Assembly (NCBI GenBank): GCA_964036045.1
Contig: OZ038378.1
Span: forward strand, 178,994,001-179,058,000
Reading direction: 5' to 3'
DNA from: Eutreptiella sp. 'Long Island Sound 2002'
Taxonomy: Eukaryota; Protista; Euglenida
DNA length: 64,000 nt
Position numbers and translations under genes: made by a program. Each line of letters begins with the position of its first letter. Position 1 is the first letter of the stretch. Below are positions 50,501 through 64,000 of the stretch, piece after piece. Below the pieces are notes generated by a model, which saw only the letters and a list, made by a program, of their open reading frames with translations, was not told where the DNA came from and ran no database searches.

Positions 50501-53500
50501 AGCCACACACAGCAGGACCCATAGCAGGCAACAAACATCATACAGGACAAACACAACCATGGAGGGGATGTAATGTAGTGATTGCGGAAATGGCAAACAA
50601 TGGTATGGTAGTGCATGAAATACCTGGGACTGCCATGCAGTAAACCCAATGCATTATTACATGGTACTGAGCATATCTGGCACACGCTTCTGATCATAAT
50701 TCACACCACGAGAATCATGATACAGGACAAACGGTGCTTCAGGAATACAATCACAGAGACTTGAGCAGGGTATGAGTACCTTGCCTGGCTCATACACCAC
50801 CACAGGTGACACGCAGTAATCATGAAAATGGTAAGTACCAGGTATGCAAGGACACTGTGGAGCAAATGTAAAATCAAAACCTACCTCCACAATGTGTGCA
50901 TCCAAGCCAATCTGGAAAAAACAAATGGAAACCGGGACACAGGGTTTCTTAGCTTTTCCCCCTTCTGTCTTTGCCTTCTCTGCAGTTGCAGATCCAGCAA
51001 GGCATAATCACATTCAGCACCCAACAAGCTCAGACAAAAAATGAAATCATGAATCATATCCCAACCATTAATGATTGCATCATAGCTCATAGCCACACAC
51101 AGCAGGACCCATAGCAGGCAACAAACATCATACAGGACAAACACAACCATGGAGGGGATGTAATGTAGTGATTGTGGAAATGGCAAACAATGGTATGGTA
51201 GTGCATGAAATACCTGGGACTGCCATGCAGTAAACCCAATGCATTATTACATGGTACTGAGCATATCTGGCACACGCTTCTGATCATAATTCACACCACG
51301 AGAATCATGATACAGGACAAACGGTGCTTCAGGAATACAATCACAGAGACTTGAGCAGGGTATGAGTACCTTGCCTGGCTCATACACCAACACAGGTGAC
51401 ACGCAGTAATCATGAAAATGGTAAGTGCCAGGTATGCAAGGACACTGTGGAGCAAATGTAAAATCAAAACCTACCTCCACAGTTTGTGAAGCCAATCTGG
51501 AAAAAACAAATGGAAACCAGGACACAGGGTTTCTTAGCTTTTCCCCCCTCTGTCTTTGCCTTCTCTGCAGTTGCAGATCCAGCATGGCAGAATCACATTC
51601 AGCACCCAACAAGCTCAGACAAAAAATGAAATCATGAATCATATCCCAACCATTAATGATTGCATCATAGCTCATAGCCACACACAGCAGGACCCATAGC
51701 AGGTAACAAACATCATACAGGACAAACACAACCATGGAGGGGATGTAATGTAGTGATTGTGGAAATGGCAAACAATGGTATGGTAGTGCATGAAATACCT
51801 GGGACTGCCATGCAGTAAACCCAATGCATTATTACATGGTACTGAGCATATCTGGCACACGCTTCTGATCATAATTCATAGCACGAGAATCATGATACAG
51901 GACAAACGGTGCTTCAGGAATACAATCACAGAGACTTGAGCAGGGTATGAGTACCTTGCCTGGCTCATACACCACCACAGGTGACACGCAGTAATCATGA
52001 AAATGGTAAGTACCAGGTATGCAAGGACACTGTGGAGCAAATGTAAAATCAAAACCTACCTCCACAATGTGTGCATCCAAGCCAATCTGGAAAAAACAAA
52101 TGGAAACCGGGACACAGGGTTTCTTAGCTTTTCCCCCCTCTGTCTTTGCCTTCTCTGCAGTTGCAGATCCAGCAAGGCATAATCACATTCAGCACCCAAC
52201 CAGCTCAGACAAAAAATGAAATCATGAATCATATCCCAACCATTAATGATTGCATCATAGCTCATAGCCACACACAGCAGGACCCATAGCAGGCAACAAA
52301 CATCATACAGGACAAACACAACCATGGAGGGGATGTAATGTAGTGATTGCGGAAATGGCAAACAATGGTATGGTAGTGCATGAAATACCTGGGACTGCCA
52401 TGCAGTAAACCCAATGCATTATTACATGGTACTGAGCATATCTGGCACACGCTTCTGATCATAATTCACACCACGAGAATCATGATACAGGACAAACGGT
52501 GCTTCAGGAATACAATCACAGAGACTTGAGCAGGGTATGAGTACCTTGCCTGGCTCATACACCACCACAGGTGACACGCAGTAATCATGAAAATGGTAAG
52601 TACCAGGTATGCAAGGACACTGTGGAGCAAATGTAAAATCAAAACCTACCTCCACAATGTGTGCATCCAAGCCAATCTGGAAAAAACAAATGGAAACCAG
52701 GACACAGGGTTTCTTAGCTTTCCCCCCCTCTGTCTTTGCCTTCTCTGCAGTTGCAGATCCAGCAAGGCATAATCACATTCAGCACCCAACAAGCTCAGAC
52801 AAAAAATGAAATCATGAATCATATCCCAACCATTAATGATTGCATCATAGCTCATAGCCACACACAGCAGGACCCATAGCAGGCAACAAACATCATACAG
52901 GACAAACACAACCATGGAGGGGATGTAATGTAGTGATTGCGGAAATGGCAAACAATGGTATGGTAGTGCATGAAATACCTGTGACTGCCATGCAGTAAAC
53001 CCAATGCATTATTACATGGTACTGAGCATATCTGGCACACGCTTCTGATCATAATTCACACCACGAGAATCATGATACAGGACAAACGGTGCTTCAGGAA
53101 TACAATCACAGAGACTTGAGCAGGGTATGAGTACCTTGCCTGGCTCATACACCACCACAGGTGACACGCAGTAATCATGAAAATGGTAAGTACCAGGTAT
53201 GCAAGGACACTGTGGAGCAAATGTAAAATCAAAACCTACCTCCACAATGTGTGCATCCAAGCCAATCTGGAAAAAACAAATGGAAACCAGGACACAGGGT
53301 TTCTTAGCTTTCCCCCCCTCTGTCTTTGCCTTCTCTGCAGTTGCAGATCCAGCAAGGCATAATCACATTCAGCACCCAACAAGCTCAGACAAAAAATGAA
53401 ATCATGAATCATATCCCAACCATTAATGATTGCATCATAGCTCATAGCCACACACAGCAGGACCCATAGCAGGCAACAAACATCATACAGGACAAACACA

Positions 53501-56500
53501 ACCATGGAGGGGATGTAATGTAGTGATTGCGGAAATGGCAAACAATGGTATGGTAGTGCATGAAATACCTGGGACTGCCATGCAGTAAACCCAATGCATT
53601 ATTACATGGTACTGAGCATATCTGGCACACGCTTCTGATCATAATTCACACCACGAGAATCATGATACAGGACAAACGGTGCTTCAGGAATACAATCACA
53701 GAGACTTGAGCAGGGTATGAGTACCTTGCCTGGCTCATACACCACCACAGGTGACACGCAGTAATCATGAAAATGGTAAGTACCAGGTATGCAAGGACAC
53801 TGTGGAGCAAATGTAAAATCAAAACCTACCTCCACAATGTGTGCATCCAAGCCAATCTGGAAAAAACAAATGGAAACCGGGACACAGGGTTTCTTAGCTT
53901 TTCCCCCTTCTGTCTTTGCCTTCTCTGCAGTTGCAGATCCAGCAAGGCATAATCACATTCAGCACCCAACAAGCTCAGACAAAAAATGAAATCATGAATC
54001 ATATCCCAACCATTAATGATTGCATCATAGCTCATAGCCACACACAGCAGGACCCATAGCAGGCAACAAACATCATACAGGACAAACACAACCATGGAGG
54101 GGATGTAATGTAGTGATTGTGGAAATGGCAAACAATGGTATGGTAGTGCATGAAATACCTGGGACTGCCATGCAGTAAACCCAATGCATTATTACATGGT
54201 ACTGAGCATATCTGGCACACGCTTCTGATCATAATTCACACCACGAGAATCATGATACAGGACAAACGGTGCTTCAGGAATACAATCACAGAGACTTGAG
54301 CAGGGTATGAGTACCTTGCCTGGCTCATACACCAACACAGGTGACACGCAGTAATCATGAAAATGGTAAGTGCCAGGTATGCAAGGACACTGTGGAGCAA
54401 ATGTAAAATCAAAACCTACCTCCACAGTTTGTGAAGCCAATCTGGAAAAAACAAATGGAAACCAGGACACAGGGTTTCTTAGCTTTTCCCCCCTCTGTCT
54501 TTGCCTTCTCTGCAGTTGCAGATCCAGCATGGCAGAATCACATTCAGCACCCAACAAGCTCAGACAAAAAATGAAATCATGAATCATATCCCAACCATTA
54601 ATGATTGCATCATAGCTCATAGCCACACACAGCAGGACCCATAGCAGGTAACAAACATCATACAGGACAAACACAACCATGGAGGGGATGTAATGTAGTG
54701 ATTGTGGAAATGGCAAACAATGGTATGGTAGTGCATGAAATACCTGGGACTGCCATGCAGTAAACCCAATGCATTATTACATGGTACTGAGCATATCTGG
54801 CACACGCTTCTGATCATAATTCATAGCACGAGAATCATGATACAGGACAAACGGTGCTTCAGGAATACAATCACAGAGACTTGAGCAGGGTATGAGTACC
54901 TTGCCTGGCTCATACACCACCACAGGTGACACGCAGTAATCATGAAAATGGTAAGTACCAGGTATGCAAGGACACTGTGGAGCAAATGTAAAATCAAAAC
55001 CTACCTCCACAATGTGTGCATCCAAGCCAATCTGGAAAAAACAAATGGAAACCGGGACACAGGGTTTCTTAGCTTTTCCCCCCTCTGTCTTTGCCTTCTC
55101 TGCAGTTGCAGATCCAGCAAGGCATAATCACATTCAGCACCCAACCAGCTCAGACAAAAAATGAAATCATGAATCATATCCCAACCATTAATGATTGCAT
55201 CATAGCTCATAGCCACACACAGCAGGACCCATAGCAGGCAACAAACATCATACAGGACAAACACAACCATGGAGGGGATGTAATGTAGTGATTGCGGAAA
55301 TGGCAAACAATGGTATGGTAGTGCATGAAATACCTGGGACTGCCATGCAGTAAACCCAATGCATTATTACATGGTACTGAGCATATCTGGCACACGCTTC
55401 TGATCATAATTCACACCACGAGAATCATGATACAGGACAAACGGTGCTTCAGGAATACAATCACAGAGACTTGAGCAGGGTATGAGTACCTTGCCTGGCT
55501 CATACACCACCACAGGTGACACGCAGTAATCATGAAAATGGTAAGTACCAGGTATGCAAGGACACTGTGGAGCAAATGTAAAATCAAAACCTACCTCCAC
55601 AATGTGTGCATCCAAGCCAATCTGGAAAAAACAAATGGAAACCAGGACACAGGGTTTCTTAGCTTTCCCCCCCTCTGTCTTTGCCTTCTCTGCAGTTGCA
55701 GATCCAGCAAGGCATAATCACATTCAGCACCCAACAAGCTCAGACAAAAAATGAAATCATGAATCATATCCCAACCATTAATGATTGCATCATAGCTCAT
55801 AGCCACACACAGCAGGACCCATAGCAGGCAACAAACATCATACAGGACAAACACAACCATGGAGGGGATGTAATGTAGTGATTGCGGAAATGGCAAACAA
55901 TGGTATGGTAGTGCATGAAATACCTGTGACTGCCATGCAGTAAACCCAATGCATTATTACATGGTACTGAGCATATCTGGCACACGCTTCTGATCATAAT
56001 TCACACCACGAGAATCATGATACAGGACAAACGGTGCTTCAGGAATACAATCACAGAGACTTGAGCAGGGTATGAGTACCTTGCCTGGCTCATACACCAA
56101 CACAGGTGACACGCAGTTATCATGAAAATGGTAAGTGCCAGGTATGCAAGGACACTGTGGAGCAAATGTAAAATCAAAACCTACCTCCACAATGTGTGCA
56201 TCCAAGCCAATCTGGAAAAAACAAATGGAAACCGGGACACAGGGTTTCTTAGCTTTTCCCCCCTCTGTCTTTGCCTTCTCTGCAGTTGCAGATCCAGCAA
56301 GGCATAATCACATTCAGCACCCAACCAGCTCAGACAAAAAATGAAATCATGAATCATATCCCAACCATTAATGATTGCATCATAGCTCATAGCCACACAC
56401 AGCAGGACCCATAGCAGGCAACAAACATCATACAGGACAAACACAACCATGGAGGGGATGTAATGCAGTGATCGTGGAACTGGCAAACAATGGTATGGTA

Positions 56501-59500
56501 GTGCATGAAATACCTGGGACTGCCATGCAGTAAACCCAATGCATTATTACATGGTACTGAGCATATCTGGCACACGCTTCTGATCATAATTCACACCACG
56601 AGAATCATGATACAGGACAAACGGTGCTTCAGGAATACAATCACAGAGACTTGAGCAGGGTATGAGTACCTTGCCTGGCTCATACACCACCACAGGTGAC
56701 ACGCAGTTATCATGAAAATGGTAAGTGCTAGGTATGCAAGGACACTGTGGAGCAAATGTAAAAATCAAAACCTACCTCCACAATGAGTGCATCCAAGCCA
56801 ATCTGGAAAAAACAAATGGAAACCGGGACACAGGGTTTCTTAGCTTTCCCCCCCTCTGTCTTTGCCTTCTCTGCAGTTGCAGATCCAGCAAGGCATAATC
56901 ACATTCAGCACCCAACCAGCTCAGACAAAAAATGAAATCATGAATCATATCCCAACCATTAATGATTGCATCATAGCTCATAGCCACACACAGCAGGACC
57001 CATAGCAGGCAACAAACATCATACAGGACAAACACAACCATGGAGGGGATGTAATGCAGTGATCGTGGAACTGGCAAACAATGGTATGGTAGTGCATGAA
57101 ATACCTGGGACTGCCATGCAGTAAACCCAATGCATTATTACATGGTACTGAGCATATCTGGCACACGCTTCTGATCATAATTCACACCACGAGAATCATG
57201 ATACAGGACAAACGGTGCTTCAGGAATACAATCACAGAGACTTGAGCAGGGTATGAGTACCTTGCCTGGCTCATACACCAACACAGGTGACACGCAGTAA
57301 TCATGAAAATGGTAAGTGCCAGGTATGCAAGGACACTGTGGAGCAAATGTAAAATCAAAACCTACCTCCACAATGAGTGCATCCAAGCCAATCTGGAAAA
57401 AACAAATGGAAACCAGGACACAGGGTTTCTTAGCTTTCCCCCCCTCTGTCTTTGCCTTCTCTGCAGTTGCAGATCCAGCAAGGCATAATCACATTCAGCA
57501 CCCAACAAGCTCAGACAAAAAATGAAATCATGAATCATATCCCAACCATTAATGATTGCATCATAGCTCATAGCCACACACAGCAGGACCCATAGCAGGT
57601 AACAAACATCATACAGGACAAACACAACCATGGAGGGGATGTAATGTAGTGATTGTGGAACTGGCAAACAATGGTATGGTAGTGCATGAAATACCTGGGA
57701 CTGCCATGCAGTAAACCCAATGCATTATTACATGGTACTGAGCATATCTGGCACACGCTTCTGATCATAATTCACACCACGAGAATCATGATACAGGACA
57801 AACGGTGCTTCAGGAATACAATCACAGAGACTTGAGCAGGGTATGAGTACCTTGCCTGGCTCATACACCACCACAGGTGACACGCAGTTATCATGAAAAT
57901 GGTAAGTGCTAGGTATGCAAGGACACTGTGGAGCAAATGTAAAAATCAAAACCTACCTCCACAATGTGTGCATCCAAGCCAATCTGGAAAAAACAAATGG
58001 AAACCGGGACACAGGGTTTCTTAGCTTTCCCCCCCTCTGTCTTTGCCTTCTCTGCAGTTGCAGATCCAGCAAGGCATAATCACATTCAGCACCCCACCAG
58101 CTCAGACAAAAAATGAAATCATGAATCATATCCCAACCATTAATGATTGCATCATAGCTCATAGCCACACACAGCAGGACCCATAGCAGGCAACAAACAT
58201 CATACAGGACAAACACAACCATGGAGGGGATGTAATGCAGTGATCGTGGAACTGGCAAACAATGGTATGGTAGTGCATGAAATACCTGGGACTGCCATGC
58301 AGTAAACCCAATGCATTATTACATGGTACTGAGCATATCTGGCACACGCTTCTGATCATAATTCACACCACGAGAATCATGATACAGGACAAACGGTGCT
58401 TCAGGAATACAATCACAGAGACTTGAGCAGGGTATGAGTACCTTGCCTGGCTCATACACCACCACAGGTGACACGCAGTAATCATGAAAATGGTAAGTAC
58501 CAGGTATGCAAGGACACTGTGGAGCAAATGTAAAATCAAAACCTACCTCCACAATGTGTGCATCCAAGCCAATCTGGAAAAAACAAATGGAAACCGGGAC
58601 ACAGGGTTTCTTAGCTTTTCCCCCCTCTGTCTTTGCCTTCTCTGCAGTTGCAGATCCAGCAAGGCATAATCACATTCAGCACCCAACAAGCTCAGACAAA
58701 AAAATGAAATCATGAATCATATCCCAACCATTAATGATTGCATCATAGCTCATAGCCACACACAGCAGGACCCATAGCAGGCAACAAACATCATACAGGA
58801 CAAACACAACCATGGAGGGGATGTAATGTAGTCATTGTGGAAATGGCAAACAATGGTATGGTAGTGCATGAAATACCTGTGACTGCCATGCAGTAAACCC
58901 AATGCATTATTACATGGTACTGAGCATATCTGGCACACGCTTCTGATCATAATTCACACCACGAGAATCATGATACAGGACAAACGGTGCTTCAGGAATA
59001 CAATCACAGAGACTTGAGCAGGGTATGAGTACCTTGCCTGGCTCATACACCACCACAGGTGACACGCAGTAATCATGAAAATGGTAAGTGCCAGGTATGC
59101 AAGGACACTGTGGAGCAAATGTAAAATCAAAACCTACCTCCACAATGTGTGCATCCAAGCCAATCTGGAAAAAACAAATGGAAACCGGGACACAGGGTTT
59201 CTTAGCTTTCCCCCCCTCTGTCTTTGCCTTCTCTGCAGGTGCAGATCCAGCAAGGCACAATCACATTCAGCACCCAACAAGCTCAGACAAAAAATGAAAT
59301 CATGAATCATATCCCAACCATTAATGATTGCATCGTAGTTCATAGCCACACACAGCAGGACCCATAGCAGGCAACAAACATCATACAGGACAAACACAAC
59401 CATGGAGGGGATGTAATGTAGCGATTGTGGAAATGGCAAACAATGGTATGGTAGTGCATGAAATACCTGGGACTGCCATGCAGTAAACCCAATGCATTAT

Positions 59501-61131
59501 TACATGGTACTGAGCATATCTGGCACACGCTTCTGATCATAATTCACACCACGAGAATCATGATACAGGACAAACGGTGCTTCAGGAATACAATCACAGA
59601 GACTTGAGCAGGGTATGAGTACCTTGCCTGGCTCATACACCACCACAGGTGACACGCAGTAATCATGAAAATGGTAAGTACCAGGTATGCAAGGACACTG
59701 TGGAGCAAATGTAAAAATCAAAACCTACCTCCACAATGTGTGCATCCAAGCCAATCTGGAAAAAACAAATGGAAACCGGGACACAGGGTTTCTTAGCTTT
59801 CCCCCCCTCTGTCTTTGCCTTCTCTGCAGTTGCAGATCCAGCAAGGCATAATCACATTCAGCACCCAACCAGCTCAGACAAAAAATGAAATCATGAATCA
59901 TATCCCAACCATTAATGATTGCATCATAGCTCATAGCCACACACAGCAGGACCCATAGCAGGCAACAAACATCATACAGGACAAACACAACCATGGAGGG
60001 GATGTAATGTAGTGATTGTGGAAATGGCAAACAATGGTATGGTAGTGCATGAAATACCTGGGACTGCCATGCAGTAAACCCAATGCATTATTACATGGTA
60101 CTGAGCATATCTGGCACACGCTTCTGATCATAATTCACACCACGAGAATCATGATACAGGACAAACGGTGCTTCAGGAATACAATCACAGAGACTTGAGC
60201 AGGGTATGAGTACCTTGCCTGGCTCATACACCACCACAGGTGACACGCAGTAATCATGAAAATGGTAAGTGCTAGGTATGCAAGGACACTGTGGAGCAAA
60301 TGTAAAATCAAAACCTACCTCCACAATGTGTGCATCCAAGCCAATCTGGAAAAAACAAATGAAAACCGGGACACAGGGTTTCTTAGCTTTTCCCCCTCTG
60401 TCTTTGCCTTCTCTGCAGTTGCAGATCCAGCAAGGCATAATCACATTCAGCACCCAACAAGCTCAGACAAAAAAATGAAATCATGAATCATATCCCAACC
60501 ATTAATGATTGCATCATAGCTCATAGCCACACACAGCAGGACCCATAGCAGGCAACAAACATCATACAGGACAAACACAACCATGGAGGGGATGTAATGT
60601 AGTGATTGCGGAAATGGCAAACAATGGTATGGTAGTGCATGAAATACCTGTGACTGCCATGCAGTAAACCCAATGCATTATTACATGGTATTGAGCATAT
60701 CTAGCACACGCTTCTGATCATAATTCACACCACGAGAATCATGATACAGGACAAACGGTGCTTCAGGAATACAATCACAGAGACTTGAGCAGGGTATGAG
60801 TACCTTGCCTGGCTCATACACCACCACAGGTGACACACAGTTATCATGAAAATGGTAAGTACCAGGTATGCAAGGACACTGTGGAGCAAATGTAAAATCA
60901 AAACCTACCTCCACAATGAGTGCATCCAAGCCAATCTGGAAAAAACAAATGGAAACCGGAACATGGGGTTTCTTAGCTTTCCCCCCCTGTGTCTTTGCCT
61001 TTTCTGCAGTCTCTGCAGTCTCTCCAGCAAGGGGCAAAATCACATTCCCCAACAAACTCAGACAAAAAATGAAATCATGAATCATATCCCAACCATTAAT
61101 GATTGCATCATAGCTCATAGCCACACGCAGC

Positions 61132-62179
61132 CAAGGCTGAATTAAACACTGGCCAAAGGGTTTTTGGCCAGTGGCCAGTAAAGTATTGATTTCAATGTTT
61201 ATTTTTGTTTATTTTGTGATTTTTTTGTTATTTTTGCCAATTAACTGATGCTTTTTGCAAGGTCATTTGCACTTCCTACTTGCTTGAGGTTGTTTTCATC
61301 CAAATTTCCTTGAAATACACACTGCTCTTTGGTACCTCGTTGCCGACACGGGCCATACAAGCCTCGTCGACAGTCGCAATACACCTGGTGCAAGAGTGTC
61401 GCACACCACATATGTTCGCACCGCAACAAGCGCAACGCACAGCAGTTAGCCCAAATGATGCCAAAGTGGGTGTGGCTGCCGGCTGTGGACGCACGGGCCT
61501 AGCGACAACCATGGACGCTGGCTCCTTGAAGGTGAAGGAATAGCCGTCCCGGGTGCCGTCGCTTTTGGCTGCACGGGCGACTTGGGTGTGCTTGAGGTGC
61601 CGCAAAGACCCTCCCGCCTCGGAATGCAGGAAACGGAGGGCCTCGGCAACACTGTGGAACTGCAACCAAGCCGCACCCTCAGCCGCAACCGGGCCAAGTG
61701 GGCGCATCCATACGTCAGAACCCGTGAGAACAATGAGGAAGGGAAAGAGAGTCTGACAAAGGGATATACGGAACAATAAAAAATGTTACTGACACACATG
61801 CACACATGCACATGACATGAATGCGGGGCATGAATGAGTGTACATGGTGTGTCCGTGTGTCCTTTCATGCCATGAGCCACATGCTAGATCTTCCCGCTAT
61901 GATGCACCATGCCGGCCGACACACAATACTATTCACCCTTCCCTGCACCACATTCTAACTTTGATACCCTCAAACATGCACAAATGCACAATGCTCTAAA
62001 ATTACGTCACACAAGGTACAGAAACCATCATCGATATATGCAGGAATGTCAATAAACACCAATAAACGCCGATAAACAACGGTTATCCCCCCGAAAAGGG
62101 CGCTTTTCGAAAAATAAACGCAAAAACGCGTTTATTTGCCATTTGGCCAGTGGCCTGGCCAGTACTTAATTCACCCTTG
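61132..62179. mobile_element. Non-autonomous hAT-like DNA transposon inserted in array 2
   Basis: 24-bp TIRs CAAGGCTGAATTAAACACTGGCCA / CAAGGGTGAATTAAGTACTGGCCA (21/24 match). 8-bp TSD CACGCAGC (61124-61131) / CACCCAGC (62180-62187), where the empty-site consensus is CACACAGC. Subterminal TGGCCAG and ATAAAC repeats are present. Confidence 0.85.
61276..61730 (-). pseudogene. Coding-like cargo in the hAT-like element: NUMOD1-like HTH plus Cys-rich finger
   Basis: WLQFHSVAEALRFLHSEAGGSLRHLKHTQVARAAKSDGTRDGYSFTF shows an F.S..EA.R.L...GY.F.F pattern. It is followed by CACCGANICGVRHSCTRCIATVDEAC. There is no transposase catalytic core. Confidence 0.4.
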
Positions 62180-64000
62180 CACCCAGCAAGACCCATAGAA
62201 GGTAACAAACATCATACAGGACAAACACAACCATGGAGGGGATGTAATGTAGTGATTGTGGAAATGGCAAACAATGGTATGGTAGTGCATGAAATACCTG
62301 GGACTGCCATGCAGTAAACCCAATGCATTATTACATGGTACTGAGCATATCTGGCACACGCTTCTGATCATAATTCACACCACGAGAATCATGATACAGG
62401 ACAAACGGTGCTTCAGGAATACAATCACAGAGACTTGAGCAGGGTATGAGTACCTTGCCTGGCTCATACACCAACACAGGTGACACGCAGTAATCATGAA
62501 AATGGTAAGTGCCAGGTATGCAAGGACACTGTGGAGCAAATGTAAAATCAAAACCTACCTCCACAATGAGTGCATCCAAGCCAATCTGGAAAAAACAAAT
62601 GGAAACCGGGACACGGGGTTTCTTAGCTTTCCCCCCCTCTGTCTTTGCCTTCTCTGCAGGTGCAGATCCAGCAAGGCACAATCACATTCAGCACCCAACA
62701 AGCTCAGACAAAAAATGAAATCATGAATCATATCCCAACCATTAATGATTGCATCATAGCTCATAGCCACACACAGCAGGACCCATAGCAGGCAACAAAC
62801 ATCATACAGGACAAACACAACCATGGAGGGGATGTAATGTAGCGATTGTGGAACTGGCAAACAATGGTATGGTAGTGCATGAAATACCTGGGACTGCCAT
62901 GCAGTAAACCCAATGCATTATTACATGGTACTGAGCATATCTGGCACACGCTTCTGATCATAATTCACACCACGAGAATCATGATACAGGACAAACGGTG
63001 CTTCAGGAATACAATCACAGAGACTTGAGCAGGGTATGAGTACCTTGCCTGGCTCATACACCAACACAGGTGACACGCAGTAATCATGAAAATGGTAAGT
63101 GCCAGGTATGCAAGGACACTGTGGAGCAAATGTAAAATCAAAACCTACCTCCACAATGTGTGCATCCAAGCCAATCTGGAAAAAACAAATGGAAACCAGG
63201 ACACAGGGTTTCTTAGCTTTTCCCCCCTCTGTCTTTGCCTTCTCTGCAGTTGCAGATCCAGCAAGGCATAATCACATTCAGCACCCAACAAGCTCAGACA
63301 AAAAATGAAATCATGAATCATATCCCAACCATTAATGATTGCATCATAGCTCATAGCCACACACAGCAGGACCCATAGCAGGTAACAAACATCATACAGG
63401 ACAAACACAACCATGGAGGGGATGTAATGTAGCGATTGTGGAACTGGCAAACAATGGTATGGCAGTGCATGAAATACCTGGGACTGCCATGCAGTAAACC
63501 CAATGCATTATTACATGGTACTGAGCATATCTGGCACACGCTTCTGATCATAATTCACACCACGAGAATCATGATACAGGACAAACGGTGCTTCAGGAAT
63601 ACAATCACAGAGACTTGAGCAGGGTATGAGTACCTTGCCTGGCTCATACGGTACACCAACACAGGTGACACGCAGTAATCATGAAAATGGTAAGTGCCAG
63701 GTATGCAAGGACACTGTGGAGCAAATGTAAAAATCAAAACCTACCTCCACAATGAGCGCATCCAAGCCAATCTGGAAAAAACAAATGGAAACTGGAACAT
63801 GGGGTTTCTTAGCTTTTCCTCCCTCTGTCTTTGCCTTCTCTGCAGTCTCTGCAGTTCTTCCAGCAAGGTGCACAATCACATTCCCCAACAAGCTCAGACA
63901 AAAAATGAAATCATGAATCATATCCCAACCATTAATGATTGCATCATAGCTCATAGCCACACACAGCAGGACCCATAGCAGGCAACAAACATCATACAGG

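Larger units (their letters stand above)
50162..64000. repeat. Tandem array 2: at least 22 units of 585-591 bp (divergent units slightly longer), unrelated to array 1, runs off the window end
   Basis: The anchor CTCAGACAAAAAATGAAATCATGAATC recurs from ~50440 to ~63895 at ~590 bp spacing, with one 1,048-bp insertion. Confidence 0.98.

Noticed and set aside
50232-63978. Repeated 60-170 aa ORFs in array 2, including a possible 75-nt CPCIPGTYHFHDYCVSP exon
   Set aside because: The ORFs overlap on both strands, and 1-, 4- and 5-bp indels break them in several units. A repeated coding exon cannot be fully excluded without RNA data, but nothing else supports it.
25435-64000. CRISPR-like or TIGR-like guide array
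   Set aside because: The units are near-identical along their whole length with no variable spacers, and there is no adjacent nuclease gene.
25435-64000. SL RNA / 5S rRNA tandem repeat (similar ~600-bp unit size in Euglena)
   Set aside because: I found no euglenid spliced-leader sequence and no 5S rRNA motifs on either strand of either unit.

Overview
Eukaryotic, repeat-rich window, most likely from a photosynthetic euglenid. This is inferred from a plastid-type presequence with two hydrophobic regions, AG acceptors just upstream of the start codons, and large exons separated by multi-kb GT-AG introns. The first ~25 kb holds two minus-strand genes. One is a FAD-dependent sarcosine/pipecolate oxidase-like gene (2 exons seen; the rest is probably left of the window). 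The other is a 4-exon, ~440 aa Mpv17/PMP22-family gene with a ~260 aa presequence. Around and inside them are transposon remnants: a PIF/Harbinger-ISL2EU-type DDE transposase truncated by a 170-bp tandem repeat, decayed LINE pieces, a MITE-like element and minisatellites. The remaining ~39 kb is two directly abutting, highly homogenised tandem arrays. Array 1 has 44 units of 562-564 bp (25.4-50.15 kb). Array 2 has 22 or more units of 585-591 bp (50.16 kb to the window end) and is interrupted by a 1,048-bp hAT-like element with 24-bp TIRs and an 8-bp TSD. The ORFs called in the arrays look spurious. The most interesting signal is that the array units carry 53-59 nt cassettes on the minus strand with box C-D'-C'-D architecture: two per unit in array 1 and one per unit in array 2. 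That suggests about 110 tandem copies of three candidate box C/D guide RNAs, evolving with satellite-like higher-order repeats. I could not confirm any guide target without a search.
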